In this document: positions 1 to 10,097 of the stretch, piece by piece
Numbering within the stretch: position 1 is the first letter of the stretch
Layout of the letters: every line of letters starts with the position of its first letter
Source: Sphingomonadaceae bacterium
GTDB lineage: Bacteria; Chloroflexota; UBA6077
Assembly: GCA_050261575.1 (NCBI GenBank)
Contig: JBLNDL010000011.1
Location: 65,345 to 129,344 of the forward strand
Reading direction: 5' to 3'
DNA length: 64,000 nt
The notes under the pieces: model-generated
Told to the model about the DNA's origin: nothing
Database searches by the model: none
The model's input: only the letters and a program-made list of their open reading frames with translations
Program-made: the position numbers and the translations under genes

Positions 1-333
1 TCGCGAGACTTGCGCCAGGCACTCACACTCGTGCGACCGCCCCATTAAGAAAAACGGGCCGCGCACACGCCACCGAATAGAGTCGAGGTCGATGCCAGCC
101 CTTTTCTGCTCAGCGCGTCCTATTTGAGCTATGCTGTTGACCGATACGCCCTCCGCGTGCGCTACCAGTGCAGCCTCAGGCCGGGCGGAAATCGGAACTG
201 TCGTAGCCTTGGGCACCGCCGGTGTCGTGCCGGTTCAGATCCGCTCGACCGCTTCCGCGCCGTTGCGGTTCATCGCTCGGGGGGTAATGCAGGACCCGTG
301 CCATTTTCGACGGCCGTAGGCGTGATCGAGGAG

Positions 334-1707
334 TCAGTCCGCGCGCTCCTGCTGCCTCATCAGGTGCCACTCGGTCACCGTGAATCCGCGCTCGCCCCGT
401 AGTGCGCGCTCGATCTGCAACTGCTGCCACCTCTCGAACTCCTGGTACTCCACCGCGGGCTGCCGGGCCTGAGCCGTCTCCGGCCGCTGCGCCCAGTCGA
501 AATACCACCAAAGGTTGTAGGCCGAGAGCACCAGCGCCAGCACCAGCAGCGCCTGGGGCAGCCTTCGATGGAGAAGACCTCCAAGAGAGTCGAGGGTCAC
601 GGCCACGAAGAGGTAGAGGATGGGGCCGACCACGATCGCGCGGCCGGTGTCTGGGGTCGCGATGGTTAGTACCTGAGTGGCGAAGAGGGACACCGCCAGC
701 ACGAGGTACCAGAGGAAGACCTCCCGAAAGACCGCCAGGGCCAGGAAGAGCCCGGCCACGTACAGGACGCCGGTAACGTAGTCCACCGGGGGCACGCCCG
801 CGGGGGTGTAGCGCGGCGTGTTGAAGACCGAGCCGTCCAGCAGCAGGAATCCACGCACCACCCTCTCGGTCTGGTGCAGTACCAATTGAACGGAATCGGT
901 CACCCCGAGGTATGGTTGCGCCTGGTTGAAGATGTACACCGCGTCCACCCGAGTGTTGGAGGCCTGCGGATTCGCCAGCATCAGGCCCGCCTGGGGCAGG
1001 AACAGGGCGGCCGCCACCGCCAGCATCAGCAGATAGCCCCCCAACTTCGAGCGCCACTCCTGTCGGTCGGTCAGCAGCCCCACTGGCAGGTAGAGCAGCA
1101 GGGCGACCGCCACAGCGCGTCCGGCGTAGTAGCCGTACAGGGTGAGCGCGAGGGCCACCCCCGCCAGAACGTAGAGGTACCGCTTCTGGCGGTCCAGTGC
1201 CTCCAGCAGTAGCCAGATGACCAGCAACCCGAACAGCACCACGTGGACGTTGGACCACGCTGTGCGCGAGAAGTTGAGGTACCAGAGGCTGGTAGAGAAC
1301 AGCAGCGTGGCAAGGAGAGACGGGCCGGGCTTGGCGACCCGCCTGGCCAGGAAGTAGAAGGGAACGAGCGCCAGAGTGCTAGTGAGCACTGCGGCCATCC
1401 TCATTCCGACCACCGAGACACCGAAGATGCGTACGACGAGCGCCATGAGGTGGACGTTCAGTGCCGGTAGCTGGGTCCAGTCGAGACCGATCAGCCCCGG
1501 GCCGGTCCCGGCGAGGATGTGGTAGACGTCCGACATGTTGTCGGCCTCGTCGGGCATGACGTTGGTCGGGATCCGGTCCAGCCACACCAGCCGAACCGCA
1601 AGAGCGAAGGCCATGATCGGCAAGAGGCCCACCAACTCCAAGGCGTCGCCTTCTCTGGCAACCGGCTCGCGTTTGGCCGGCGCCAACCAGCTACTGGCGA
1701 TCTTCAT
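334..1707 (-). CDS. GT-C fold membrane glycosyltransferase (GT39/PMT-ArnT-like)
   Basis: Multi-TM protein with an early loop motif PTNVMPDEAD and a PMT_2-like RMAAVL...SLWYLNFSRTAW. Start taken as the ATG at 1707, which overlaps the mnmG stop (ATGA). Confidence 0.8.
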   Translation of the reverse strand: MKIASSWLAPAKREPVAREGDALELVGLLPIMAFALAVRLVWLDRIPTNVMPDEADNMSDVYHILAGTGPGLIGLDWTQLPALNVHLMALVVRIFGVSVVGMRMAAVLTSTLALVPFYFLARRVAKPGPSLLATLLFSTSLWYLNFSRTAWSNVHVVLFGLLVIWLLLEALDRQKRYLYVLAGVALALTLYGYYAGRAVAVALLLYLPVGLLTDRQEWRSKLGGYLLMLAVAAALFLPQAGLMLANPQASNTRVDAVYIFNQAQPYLGVTDSVQLVLHQTERVVRGFLLLDGSVFNTPRYTPAGVPPVDYVTGVLYVAGLFLALAVFREVFLWYLVLAVSLFATQVLTIATPDTGRAIVVGPILYLFVAVTLDSLGGLLHRRLPQALLVLALVLSAYNLWWYFDWAQRPETAQARQPAVEYQEFERWQQLQIERALRGERGFTVTEWHLMRQQERAD

Positions 1708-3758
1708 CCCCGCCCTCCCGCGCTGCCCTCGATCCGGCGCCTCTTCTCCACCGCCACAAGCAGCACCGCAACGTCGGCGGGCGTGACCCCGCTGATCCGA
1801 GAGGCCATTCCGACGGTAGCGGGCCGGAACCTGGCCAGTTTCTCGATCGCTTCGCGACGGAGTCCTGGCACCTCGCGGTAATCCAGCCCTTCCGGAATCG
1901 CCACGTGCTCCAGCTTGGAGGCACGCTCCACCTGGGCCTCCTGCTTTCGTATGTAGGCCTCGTACCGTATGGCGATCTCCACCTGCTCGGCCACCCCATC
2001 GGGCTCCGCCTCCATGCCCGCGATCCGGCAAAGGAGGTTGTAGTCCATCTCCGGCCGGCACAGCAGCGCGCTGGCAGGCATGTTCTTGGAGATGGGCTCG
2101 ACGCCCACGGCCTCGAGCTGCCGGTTGAACTCCACGGACGGAACCAGCCAAGTGCGGCTGAGCCGCTCAGTCTCACGTCGCACTCGGGCGCACTTCTCCA
2201 CGGTTCGCCTATACCGATCCTCGTCCACCAGTCCGAGGCGATACCCTATCGGAGTCAGGCGCTCGTCTGCGTTGTCCTGCCGGAGGAGCAGTCGATGCTC
2301 CGCCCGGGACGTCAGCAGCCTGTAGGGTTCCAGCAGTTCGCGGGTGACCAAGTCATCCACCATCACCCCTATGTACGCCTGGGACCGCTGCAACACGAGG
2401 GGATCCTCGCCCGTCGCCGCGAGCGCGGCGTTGATCCCGGCCACTATCCCCTGGCCAGCAGCCTCCTCGTAGCCGGAGGTTCCGTTGATCTGCCCCGCAA
2501 GGAAGAGGCCGGCTACCCGCCTCGTCTCCAGCCACGCCGTGATCTGGCTGGGCGGAACGTAGTCGTACTCGATGGCGTAGCCCACGCGCACTATCTCGGC
2601 GCGAGCGAGGGCCGGTATGGTCCTGAGCATCTCGATCTGGACATCCTCGGGCAGGCTGGTGTTGGCCCCCTGGACGTACACCTCGCCGGTCTCCCATCCC
2701 TCCGGCTCCAGGAAGAGAGGATGTCGCTCCTTGTGCGGAAAGCGAACTACCTTGTCCTCGATGGAGGGGCAGTAGCGCGGCCCCGTGCCTTCGATCAAGC
2801 CGTTGAAGAGGGGGGCTCGGTGCAGATTGGCCCGAATCACCCGGTGGGTCTCCTCGGTCGTGTGGACCAGGTAACAGGGGAGTTGCGGTCGCCAGGGCGT
2901 CGCCTCCCCACGTGGATAGGCTGGATGAGGCTTCGGAAAAGGCTGCTGATCGACCCCCTCCGAGGGCCAGAAACTGAAGTGAAGCGGGACAGGGCTGCCC
3001 GGCACCAGTTCCGTCTGCGAGAAGTCGATGGACCGAACGTCCACTCGTGGTGGCGTTCCGGTCTTCAGCCTGCCCAGCTCGAAGCCGAGCTCGCGGAGGC
3101 TCACTGGCAACTGGGTGGACGCCGCCTCACCCGATCGTCCGGCCGTGTATGCCACGTCGCCGACGATCACCCGGCCCGACAGCGAGGTACCGGTGGTGAG
3201 GACCACCGTCCTGGCCAGGTATCGCCGACCGAGATCGGTCACCACGCCGAGAACCCGATGCCGCTGCGTGACCAGCCGCGGGGCAGGGGACTGCGGGTTG
3301 AGGTCCGAGGACTCAGAGCCTCCCGCCAGCGGCTCAGCCCTCGGTCCTTGCCCGTCCGTCCCGATCGTGGGCTCGACCAGCAAGCCCGCCACCATCGCCT
3401 GCTTCAGGGTGAGGCCCTCCTGCCGCTCCAGAGCCCGTTTCATTCTTAGGCGATATGCTGCCTTGTCGGCCTGTGCTCGAAGCGCCTGGACGGCGGGTCC
3501 CTTGCCGCTGTTCAGGGTGCGTATGTGTATGAAGGTGTCGTCGATGGCCCGGCCCATCTCCCCCCCCAGGGCGTCGATCTCCCGCACGAGGTTACCCTTG
3601 GCGGGGCCACCGATGGAGGGGTTGCACGGCATCAGTCCGATCGTGTCGAGGTTCATCGTGAGGAGGAGGGTGCGACGACCCATCCGCGCTGCGGCCAATG
3701 CGGCCTCGATTCCGGCGTGCCCGGCCCCCACAACTATGACGTCGTAGCGCTCTTCCAT
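1704..3758 (-). CDS. mnmG: tRNA uridine-5-carboxymethylaminomethyl(34) synthesis enzyme MnmG (GidA)
   Basis: GAGHAGIEAA FAD motif, MPCNPSIGG, GPRYCPSIEDK, AGQINGTSGYEEAA. Confidence 0.97.
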   Translation of the reverse strand: MEERYDVIVVGAGHAGIEAALAAARMGRRTLLLTMNLDTIGLMPCNPSIGGPAKGNLVREIDALGGEMGRAIDDTFIHIRTLNSGKGPAVQALRAQADKAAYRLRMKRALERQEGLTLKQAMVAGLLVEPTIGTDGQGPRAEPLAGGSESSDLNPQSPAPRLVTQRHRVLGVVTDLGRRYLARTVVLTTGTSLSGRVIVGDVAYTAGRSGEAASTQLPVSLRELGFELGRLKTGTPPRVDVRSIDFSQTELVPGSPVPLHFSFWPSEGVDQQPFPKPHPAYPRGEATPWRPQLPCYLVHTTEETHRVIRANLHRAPLFNGLIEGTGPRYCPSIEDKVVRFPHKERHPLFLEPEGWETGEVYVQGANTSLPEDVQIEMLRTIPALARAEIVRVGYAIEYDYVPPSQITAWLETRRVAGLFLAGQINGTSGYEEAAGQGIVAGINAALAATGEDPLVLQRSQAYIGVMVDDLVTRELLEPYRLLTSRAEHRLLLRQDNADERLTPIGYRLGLVDEDRYRRTVEKCARVRRETERLSRTWLVPSVEFNRQLEAVGVEPISKNMPASALLCRPEMDYNLLCRIAGMEAEPDGVAEQVEIAIRYEAYIRKQEAQVERASKLEHVAIPEGLDYREVPGLRREAIEKLARFRPATVGMASRISGVTPADVAVLLVAVEKRRRIEGSAGGRG

Positions 3759-3766
3759 ATCGATTC

Positions 3767-3795
3767 AGTCTACCAAGGACGCAGGACGGCGGCAA
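3767..3795 (-). promoter_or_regulatory. sigma70-type promoter of mnmG (probably leaderless)
   Basis: Minus strand TTGCCG-17 nt-TAGACT with extended TG; the -10 ends 8 nt before the ATG. Confidence 0.55.
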
Positions 3796-4216
3796 ACCGA
3801 CACGGGAGCGATTCGTGCTGCGTCCTCGTCCACGCTCCTGGCAATCCCAACTCGCGAGATCGCAGGCGAGCAACGCCATGGCCTGGAGCAGCGGTTGAGA
3901 CCGAAAAGCCCGTCGCCCCCCGCGTTGGCCAGCGCAGAGCCGACGCCGCCACGCACCGTAGGCGCCGTGCCAAGATGGAGACGAAGCTGGCTCCATGCAG
4001 GTGTTCGGGTCGGAATGCGCTCGCGACGCGTGCCATCCGGATGGCGGCGCCTCTCCAACCCGCCACGGCGAACATCGTTGGCCCTCGAAGAGGCCGTGCA
4101 GGGTAATCGGTTGCCGCCCGGAGCGGGTGCCAATGGGACGGAGGTACTACCCGCCGAGCGTCGGTCTCTGGTATCCTTGGCTCCGAATCGAAAGCTCGAA
4201 TTGCAGGTGAGTCACT

Positions 4217-5290
4217 ATGCACGTAGCGATCCTGGCGGGGGGAAGTGGAACCCGGCTCTGGCCACTCAGCCGCAGCAGGCGACCCAAGCAACTCCTATCA
4301 CTGATCACCGACCGAAGTCTCATCCAGGACACCGTCGATCGGATCGAGCCGCTGGTGTCCCCCGAGCAGATCTTCATAGTCACCGAGCAGTCCCACGCAG
4401 AGGACGTCCGGGTCCAGCTTCCGGCCGTCCCGTCGCGCAACTTCGTCATCGAGCCCGTGCGGCGAGGCACCGCCCCCGCGCTTGCCCTGGCCGCGCTGGT
4501 CATCCAGCGCGTGGCTCCCGACACCGTCATGGCCTCCCTCCACTCCGATGCGGTGATCACCAATCCAGAAGAACTGGTGCGGGCGCTGAGGCTGGCCGAA
4601 GGGGTAGCGGCATCGAGCGACTACGTGGTCACGCTCGGGGTCAGGCCCACCAGCCCGGCCACCAACCTCGGCTACGTCGAGATGGCCGAGCCGCTGCAGG
4701 GGCTAGGCGACGGGCCGGTCCATCGCGCCGCCCGCTTCGTGGAGAAACCGGACGCAGAACGCGCCCGCCAGTACCTCGAAAGCGGTCACTACTTCTGGAA
4801 CAGCGGCATCTTCGTCTGGCGTGTCTCGGTGATCATGGATCTGTTCCAGCAGTTGATGCCCGGACTCTACCGGCATCTGATGGACATCAAGCCCTATCTG
4901 GGTACACCCGACGAGCACAGCGTGGTCGCCGAGGTCTACCCACGGATGGAAAAGGAGACCATCGACTACGGCATCATGGAGAAGGCCCCCAAGGTGGCCG
5001 TGGTGCCCACCGATCTCAACTGGAGCGACGTGGGTTCCTGGCGCGAACTCATGGAGGTTTGCTCGCCCAACGAGGGCACCAACCTGGTGAGGGGCACCCA
5101 CCTGGGGATGGACACCGAGCGAACGCTGGTTTTCGCAGCCGACAGGCCGGTGGTCACGATCGGGTTGCGGGATCTGGTTATCGTGGACGCCGGAGACGTG
5201 CTGCTGGTGTCGACTCGTGAGAAAGCTCAGGAGGTGAAGAAGATCGTCGAGCAGCTCGAAAGCGACGAGAGCCTCCGCCACCTCTGCTGA
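4217..5290 (+). CDS. manC: Mannose-1-phosphate guanylyltransferase
   Basis: ILAGGSGTRLWPLSR..PKQ, EPVRRGTA, FVEKP, WNSGIF, IDYGIMEK, WSDVGSW. Confidence 0.93.
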   Translation: MHVAILAGGSGTRLWPLSRSRRPKQLLSLITDRSLIQDTVDRIEPLVSPEQIFIVTEQSHAEDVRVQLPAVPSRNFVIEPVRRGTAPALALAALVIQRVAPDTVMASLHSDAVITNPEELVRALRLAEGVAASSDYVVTLGVRPTSPATNLGYVEMAEPLQGLGDGPVHRAARFVEKPDAERARQYLESGHYFWNSGIFVWRVSVIMDLFQQLMPGLYRHLMDIKPYLGTPDEHSVVAEVYPRMEKETIDYGIMEKAPKVAVVPTDLNWSDVGSWRELMEVCSPNEGTNLVRGTHLGMDTERTLVFAADRPVVTIGLRDLVIVDAGDVLLVSTREKAQEVKKIVEQLESDESLRHLC

Positions 5291-5297
5291 CCTTCGC

Positions 5298-5323
5298 GGC
5301 CCCTTGCCTCGAGGCAAGGGGCC
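5298..5323. terminator. Perfect palindrome just after manC (possible terminator hairpin)
   Basis: GGCCCCTTGCCTC/GAGGCAAGGGGCC, 13-bp arms; only a weak U-tract. Confidence 0.4.
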
Positions 5324-5538
5324 TTCCATCCCCACGCATTCCCCTCGCGCTATCCGCCGCGCTGGCCCGATAGTACTATGGAGCAGTCTCGCTCGACGTA
5401 GTACACATGGCTCGCCGCCACGATGGCGCCAGGCCACACCGTCCGACCAAGACCGTAACGAATCCGCAGACGCCGCAGGTCAACTCAGTGCGCTACCAAC
5501 CACCTGCCGAACGTGAAACCAGCGACCGCCGACACGCT

Positions 5539-6867
5539 GTGAGCAGCCTAATCTGGACCCAATCGAGGGCCGTCGGAGCGTTCCGATGGCTGCTCGTCGC
5601 CATCACACTCGCCTTCGCGATCCTCTCTCTGGAAACCCCCTTGAGATCGCTGGAGGAACCCTTCGTCTACCGGAAGGACCTCGTCCAGGAATACATTCTC
5701 GCTAAGGCTATCCTGGCGGGAGATAACCCCTACCTTCTCTCGGCCCACATTCGAGAATTGGCCGGCCGTTACGTCCCCGGCTACTCGGATCCCTGGGACC
5801 CGGGTCTGCCTACCTACCACCCAACTGCTCACCCACCTACCACCGGAATGCTCTTCCTCCCCATCTCCATCTTGAGCTACCCGCAGAGCGCGCTCGCATG
5901 GCTACTCTTAGAGGTGGTGGGGCTGGTGATCTCACTGTACCTGCTAGCCCGTGCCTCAGGCCTTCGCCTTCCAATCGCGGCGGCCCTCATTCTGGCGGCC
6001 GCAGCGCTGGACTGGTACCCCGCACCCTTCGAGCTCGCTCTTGGGCAACTGACCCTCGCGCAGCTGCCCTTCTTGGCCGGAGCCATCGCGTCGATCCGAT
6101 CTCGCCGCCCCGCGCTCGCCGGCGCCCTAGCAGGGGTTGCCATCCTCATCAAGCCGTTTCCGTGGCCGGTGCTGCTGGTGTTCCTGCTGAAGAGGGAATG
6201 GAAGACCCTCCTCGCGGCCGGGGCGGTTCTGCTGCTCGGTTGGGGCGCGGCCACGGCGCTGATCGGCATCGATAGTGTCGTCACCTACTTCACGCAGGCG
6301 ATTCCCTTCATAGACGAGGGGTACAGGGCGCAGATCTGGAACATATCTCTCCGAACCTGGGGCTGGAAGCTGTTCGCCGGGACCGGCTCGACCATGTCGC
6401 TGGGGGACTCGGCTCCGCCCCTCGTACCGCTGCTCCCCGCCGCCCAGCCCATTTCGGTGGCCCTTCCGGTGGCGGCGCTGCTTCTGGGGTGCTACTTCAC
6501 CTGGAGGCTGCCGAGCACGGCCTGGGCATTCGGGCTGATGATCTGCATCGGCATCCTGGCCAGCCCTATCGCTTGGGCCTTCTATCTGTTCCTGGCCCCA
6601 ATCCCTGTAGCCCAGGTGGTGGAGTGGCTGGCGCGCCACCGCTTCCCGGCCGGGGAGACCAACGCCGCCCTGGTGGTGGCCATCCTGCTCCTCCTCCCCC
6701 CCGAGGCGTGGGCATTCCTGCTCACGCCCACCCTAGGCCCCCTGCTGCCGCCGAGCATGGGCGATCCGGCGCCATTCGTCCAGGTGATCGCCCATCTGGG
6801 ACCGGCAGTTGCCCTGGCAGCCCTGGCGGCACTCGTGGTAGCCCTGGGGCTCCGAGACCGGCGATAG
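5539..6867 (+). CDS. Glycosyltransferase family 87 (DUF2029, GT-C)
   Basis: RKDLVQEY..A..G.NPY, HPP...LFLP, LGQ, IKPFP, NISL and SPIAW motifs with many TM helices. Start uncertain (GTG 5539; the ORF is open from 5407). Confidence 0.8.
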   Translation: MSSLIWTQSRAVGAFRWLLVAITLAFAILSLETPLRSLEEPFVYRKDLVQEYILAKAILAGDNPYLLSAHIRELAGRYVPGYSDPWDPGLPTYHPTAHPPTTGMLFLPISILSYPQSALAWLLLEVVGLVISLYLLARASGLRLPIAAALILAAAALDWYPAPFELALGQLTLAQLPFLAGAIASIRSRRPALAGALAGVAILIKPFPWPVLLVFLLKREWKTLLAAGAVLLLGWGAATALIGIDSVVTYFTQAIPFIDEGYRAQIWNISLRTWGWKLFAGTGSTMSLGDSAPPLVPLLPAAQPISVALPVAALLLGCYFTWRLPSTAWAFGLMICIGILASPIAWAFYLFLAPIPVAQVVEWLARHRFPAGETNAALVVAILLLLPPEAWAFLLTPTLGPLLPPSMGDPAPFVQVIAHLGPAVALAALAALVVALGLRDRR

Positions 6868-6870
6868 CAC

Positions 6871-6908
6871 AATAGAAAGCGGCGGGACCGTCATCCGATC
6901 CCGCCGCT
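6871..6908 (-). terminator. Rho-independent terminator of secDF
   Basis: Stem AGCGGCGGGA/TCCCGCCGCT followed on the minus strand by TTCTATT. Confidence 0.7.
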
Positions 6909-6944
6909 CCCGCTGTCACGACCGGCTGAGGCGCCGGCCCTTCA

Positions 6945-7928
6945 TCACGAACTGGCTGCCCTGGCCGCCTTCTGGCCCCCGAACAGCCGCCGCCAGCCCG
7001 CCTTGATCTCACCACGCTCCCAGACGACCAGCAACGAGGCCGCCACGAAGATCGAGGAGTAGACCCCGGCCACCATACCGATTATCAGCGCCAGCACGAA
7101 GTTCTGGGTGGTCACTCCCCCGAACAGGTAGAGCGCCACCAGCACCAGCAACACCGTGATGGAGGTGTTGAGCGATCGCACGAGCGTCTGCATGATGCTG
7201 TGGTTGATCACGTCCTCCAGCCGGTCGCTGATCCGCCGGGCAGTGTTCTCCCGAATCCGGTCGAAGACGACGATCGTGTCGTGCACCGAGAAGCCGATGA
7301 TCGTCAACACCGCCGTGATGAACATCGAGTCCAACTCGACGTCGAAGAAGCGGCCCATGAGGGAGAAGGCACCCAGCACGATCAGCGAGTCGTGGACCAG
7401 CGCGATCACGGCGCACGTGCCCAGCCGGAAGGAGTCCTTGACCCTCCGGAAGGCATAGGCGATGTAGAGCAGGATGCCGACCGAGGCAACTGCCACCGCG
7501 ATGACCGCGTTTCGTACGATCTCACCCGCGATGATGGGCGAGACAGAGTCGAAGGCCAGCACCTCCATGGCTCCGAACTTGGCCTCTAGCGCATCCTCCA
7601 CCTTTTGACGCCCGGAGGCCTCGACCACGTTGCCGGAAGCGTCCTTCTGCTCTGGCGGCAAGGTGTAGGTTCGAACCAGGAAGGTGGTCCCCTCGCTGCC
7701 GCCGCTCTTCTGCACAATCGCCTCGGAGTGGCCCATCGCCGCGAACTCGCTACGAAGATCGGCCTGATCCACCGGCTGCTCGAAGCGGATAGTCATGATC
7801 GACCCGCTCGAGAAGTCGATGCCGGGCCTCAATCCACCGGGCAGCAGCAGGGAGATGACCCCCGGAATTATGACGAGGAGCGACAGGGCGAAGTAGTAGT
7901 ACCTCTTGCCGACAATATCCAACATCAT
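6945..7928 (-). CDS. secF: Protein translocase subunit SecF
   Basis: GIDFSSG, ALVHD, GFSVHDTIVVFDRIRE, RSLNTS, GVYSSIFVA. Confidence 0.96.
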   Translation of the reverse strand: MMLDIVGKRYYYFALSLLVIIPGVISLLLPGGLRPGIDFSSGSIMTIRFEQPVDQADLRSEFAAMGHSEAIVQKSGGSEGTTFLVRTYTLPPEQKDASGNVVEASGRQKVEDALEAKFGAMEVLAFDSVSPIIAGEIVRNAVIAVAVASVGILLYIAYAFRRVKDSFRLGTCAVIALVHDSLIVLGAFSLMGRFFDVELDSMFITAVLTIIGFSVHDTIVVFDRIRENTARRISDRLEDVINHSIMQTLVRSLNTSITVLLVLVALYLFGGVTTQNFVLALIIGMVAGVYSSIFVAASLLVVWERGEIKAGWRRLFGGQKAARAASS

Positions 7929-7935
7929 GCTCGTG

Positions 7936-9351
7936 CTACCCCCTCGTTTCCTGGGTTGCAGCCTGCGCCGTGACCGGAGCCGGCGGCTTTTCCAGACCGA
8001 ACCACCAGCTACTGGTGGCCAAGCCGGTGCTCACAAGCATCCTGAGGAAGGTTCTCGTCACAGTAATGGCCGAGAACATGCTGGTCACCACGCCCAGCCC
8101 CAGGGTCAGGGCGAAGCCCACCACGATGTTGGCTCCGAAGTTGGAGCCAAACCAGAACAGGATGACGCACGTGATGATGGAAGAGACGTTCGAGTCTCGA
8201 ATCGAAGACCAGGCTCTATCGAAGCCCGCGTCGATGGCGGCCAGAAGCGTCTTGCCGGCCCGCATCTCCTCTCTCATCCGCTCGAAGATCAGGATGTTGG
8301 CATCCACTGCCATGCCGATGGAGAGGATGAAACCGGCGATACCACCCAGGGTCAGGGTGACCGGTATCAGCTTGAACTCCGCCGTGGTCACCAACGTGTA
8401 GACCATGAGCGCAAGGGAAGCGATCAAGCCTGGCAGCCTGTAGTAGATGAGCATGAAGGCCATCACGCTCAACAGGCCAATCCCACCGGCGACGATGCTC
8501 CTCTGCACGGAGTCGCTGCCGAGGGTCGCGTCCACGTCCCGTTGCTCGATCACCTGGACAGGCACTGGCATCGCACCGGCGTTCATCTGGATCGCCAGGT
8601 TCCTGGCCTCCTCCAGGGTGAACTGGCCCTCGATCACGCCCTGGTTCGAGATGACCGCCCTCACTGTGGGGGTCGATATCGGCTGGTTGTCCAGGAAGAT
8701 GCCGACAGGCTTGTACAGATTACGCTGCGTGATCTGTTCGAAGAGCCTCGCGCCCTCGTCGTTGAACTGGAAGGAGATTTCCGGCATCCCAGTGGTGGGA
8801 TCGAAGACCACGTCGGCCCGACGGAAGTACTGGCCGGTCAACTCGTGCTCCTGGCCATCGGAGCCCTTCGCCTTGGCGACGACCCACTCGGTGGTTCCCG
8901 TCTCCGGTTTGACCACCTGCTCCCGGAAGTCCATCTGAGCGGTCTTGCCTATCAGGCTGATGGCCTGTTCGACGTCCTTGATGCCGGGCAGTTCCACGAT
9001 CACTCGGTCCGAGCCCTGCGCCTGGATGATCGGCTCGGCCACGCCGTAGGCGTTGATCCTTCGCTCAATCACTCGAATGACGCCCTTCAGAGCGGCGTCC
9101 TGGTCCTGCTTGCCCACCTTCGACATGTCTGCCTGAAGTAGCAGGTGGGTGCCGCCCACCAGGTCCAACCCCAGCTTGAAGGGACCACGGTCGAACTCCC
9201 AGTCCCCGATCTTCAAGCGGATGCCGGACCCTTGAGGCAAAGCGTCGCCGCCGGGTATGTACTTGCCCGGGTTGTGGGGCCAGATGGTCACCAGCGAGAA
9301 GAGGGACAGCAGGACAATACCGATGAAGGTGATCAAAACGCTTCTTCTCAT
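7936..9351 (-). CDS. secD: Protein translocase subunit SecD
   Basis: LGLDLVGG, RINAYGVAEP, GMAVDANILIFER, IRDSN. Confidence 0.96.
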   Translation of the reverse strand: MRRSVLITFIGIVLLSLFSLVTIWPHNPGKYIPGGDALPQGSGIRLKIGDWEFDRGPFKLGLDLVGGTHLLLQADMSKVGKQDQDAALKGVIRVIERRINAYGVAEPIIQAQGSDRVIVELPGIKDVEQAISLIGKTAQMDFREQVVKPETGTTEWVVAKAKGSDGQEHELTGQYFRRADVVFDPTTGMPEISFQFNDEGARLFEQITQRNLYKPVGIFLDNQPISTPTVRAVISNQGVIEGQFTLEEARNLAIQMNAGAMPVPVQVIEQRDVDATLGSDSVQRSIVAGGIGLLSVMAFMLIYYRLPGLIASLALMVYTLVTTAEFKLIPVTLTLGGIAGFILSIGMAVDANILIFERMREEMRAGKTLLAAIDAGFDRAWSSIRDSNVSSIITCVILFWFGSNFGANIVVGFALTLGLGVVTSMFSAITVTRTFLRMLVSTGLATSSWWFGLEKPPAPVTAQAATQETRG

Positions 9352-9541
9352 GCGCGATGCCGCCTTTCAGGCAGTGAGAACCCCGCCCTGATTGGTTTCT
9401 GACAGAACGATAGGGATCGATCGCCCCGTCCAGTCGGCCAACACAAAGCGAGGACGTGGCCCTAGCCAGTCCTCCAAACCCGTGTGGCGCCTCTAATGGA
9501 CGGATACGGGGTGAGAAACCCCCTTACCTCTCGGCCGGGGA

Positions 9542-9571
9542 AGTATAGCTCCCGGCTTTAGAACATGTCAA
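9542..9571 (-). promoter_or_regulatory. sigma70 promoter upstream of secD
   Basis: Minus strand TTGACA-18 nt-TATACT. Confidence 0.7.
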
Positions 9572-9581
9572 TTTCGCGGAG

Positions 9582-10097
9582 CTACGCGCCGGTCTCGACG
9601 GGCTCCTCCACTGCCTCGCCCTCCTCTTCGGGGGCCGGAACCTTCCGCAAGAGGTCGAGGCTCGGCAGCCGATCGATGAATAGAATGCCGTCCAGGTGAT
9701 CCACTTCGTGCTGGATGACGTGAGCGAGCAGCCCGTCGGCCTTGATCTTGATCTCCTTGCCCCTGCGGTTCCGAGCCTTCACCGTCACCTTGAGCGCCCT
9801 TTTCACGTTGGCCACGTATCCAGGTATGGAGAGGCAACCCTCCTCGGGCTCGTACTCACCCTCCATCTCGGTGATCTCCGGGTTGCAGAGGATAGTGATC
9901 TTGTCATCCACGTCGATCACCACCACGCGGAGGAGCACCCCAACCTGAGGAGCCGCCAGCCCCAACCCCGGGGCAGCCCGCAGGGTCTCTATCATGTCGT
10001 CGATCAACTGCTGTATAGAAGGATCAAACCTGGTGACCCGCTTGGCCTTCTGGCGCAACACCGGATCGCCCAGCAGTACTATTGGTCTTACCGCCAA
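9582..10097 (-). CDS. def: Peptide deformylase
   Basis: GLGLAAPQ, EGCLS and HEVDH motifs; TTG start with a GGAGG RBS. Confidence 0.96.
   Translation of the reverse strand: MAVRPIVLLGDPVLRQKAKRVTRFDPSIQQLIDDMIETLRAAPGLGLAAPQVGVLLRVVVIDVDDKITILCNPEITEMEGEYEPEEGCLSIPGYVANVKRALKVTVKARNRRGKEIKIKADGLLAHVIQHEVDHLDGILFIDRLPSLDLLRKVPAPEEEGEAVEEPVETGA

Noticed and set aside
1708..2151. N-terminal extensions in the ORF track (also 49102-49473, 54404-55003, 24012-24158, 19042-19113)
   Set aside because: They overlap neighbouring genes, promoters or the tRNA; internal starts have an RBS or stop-start coupling.
3796..4216. Possible gene or ncRNA in the mnmG-manC spacer (and in 1-333)
   Set aside because: ORFs lack an RBS and protein-like composition; no recognisable RNA motif.
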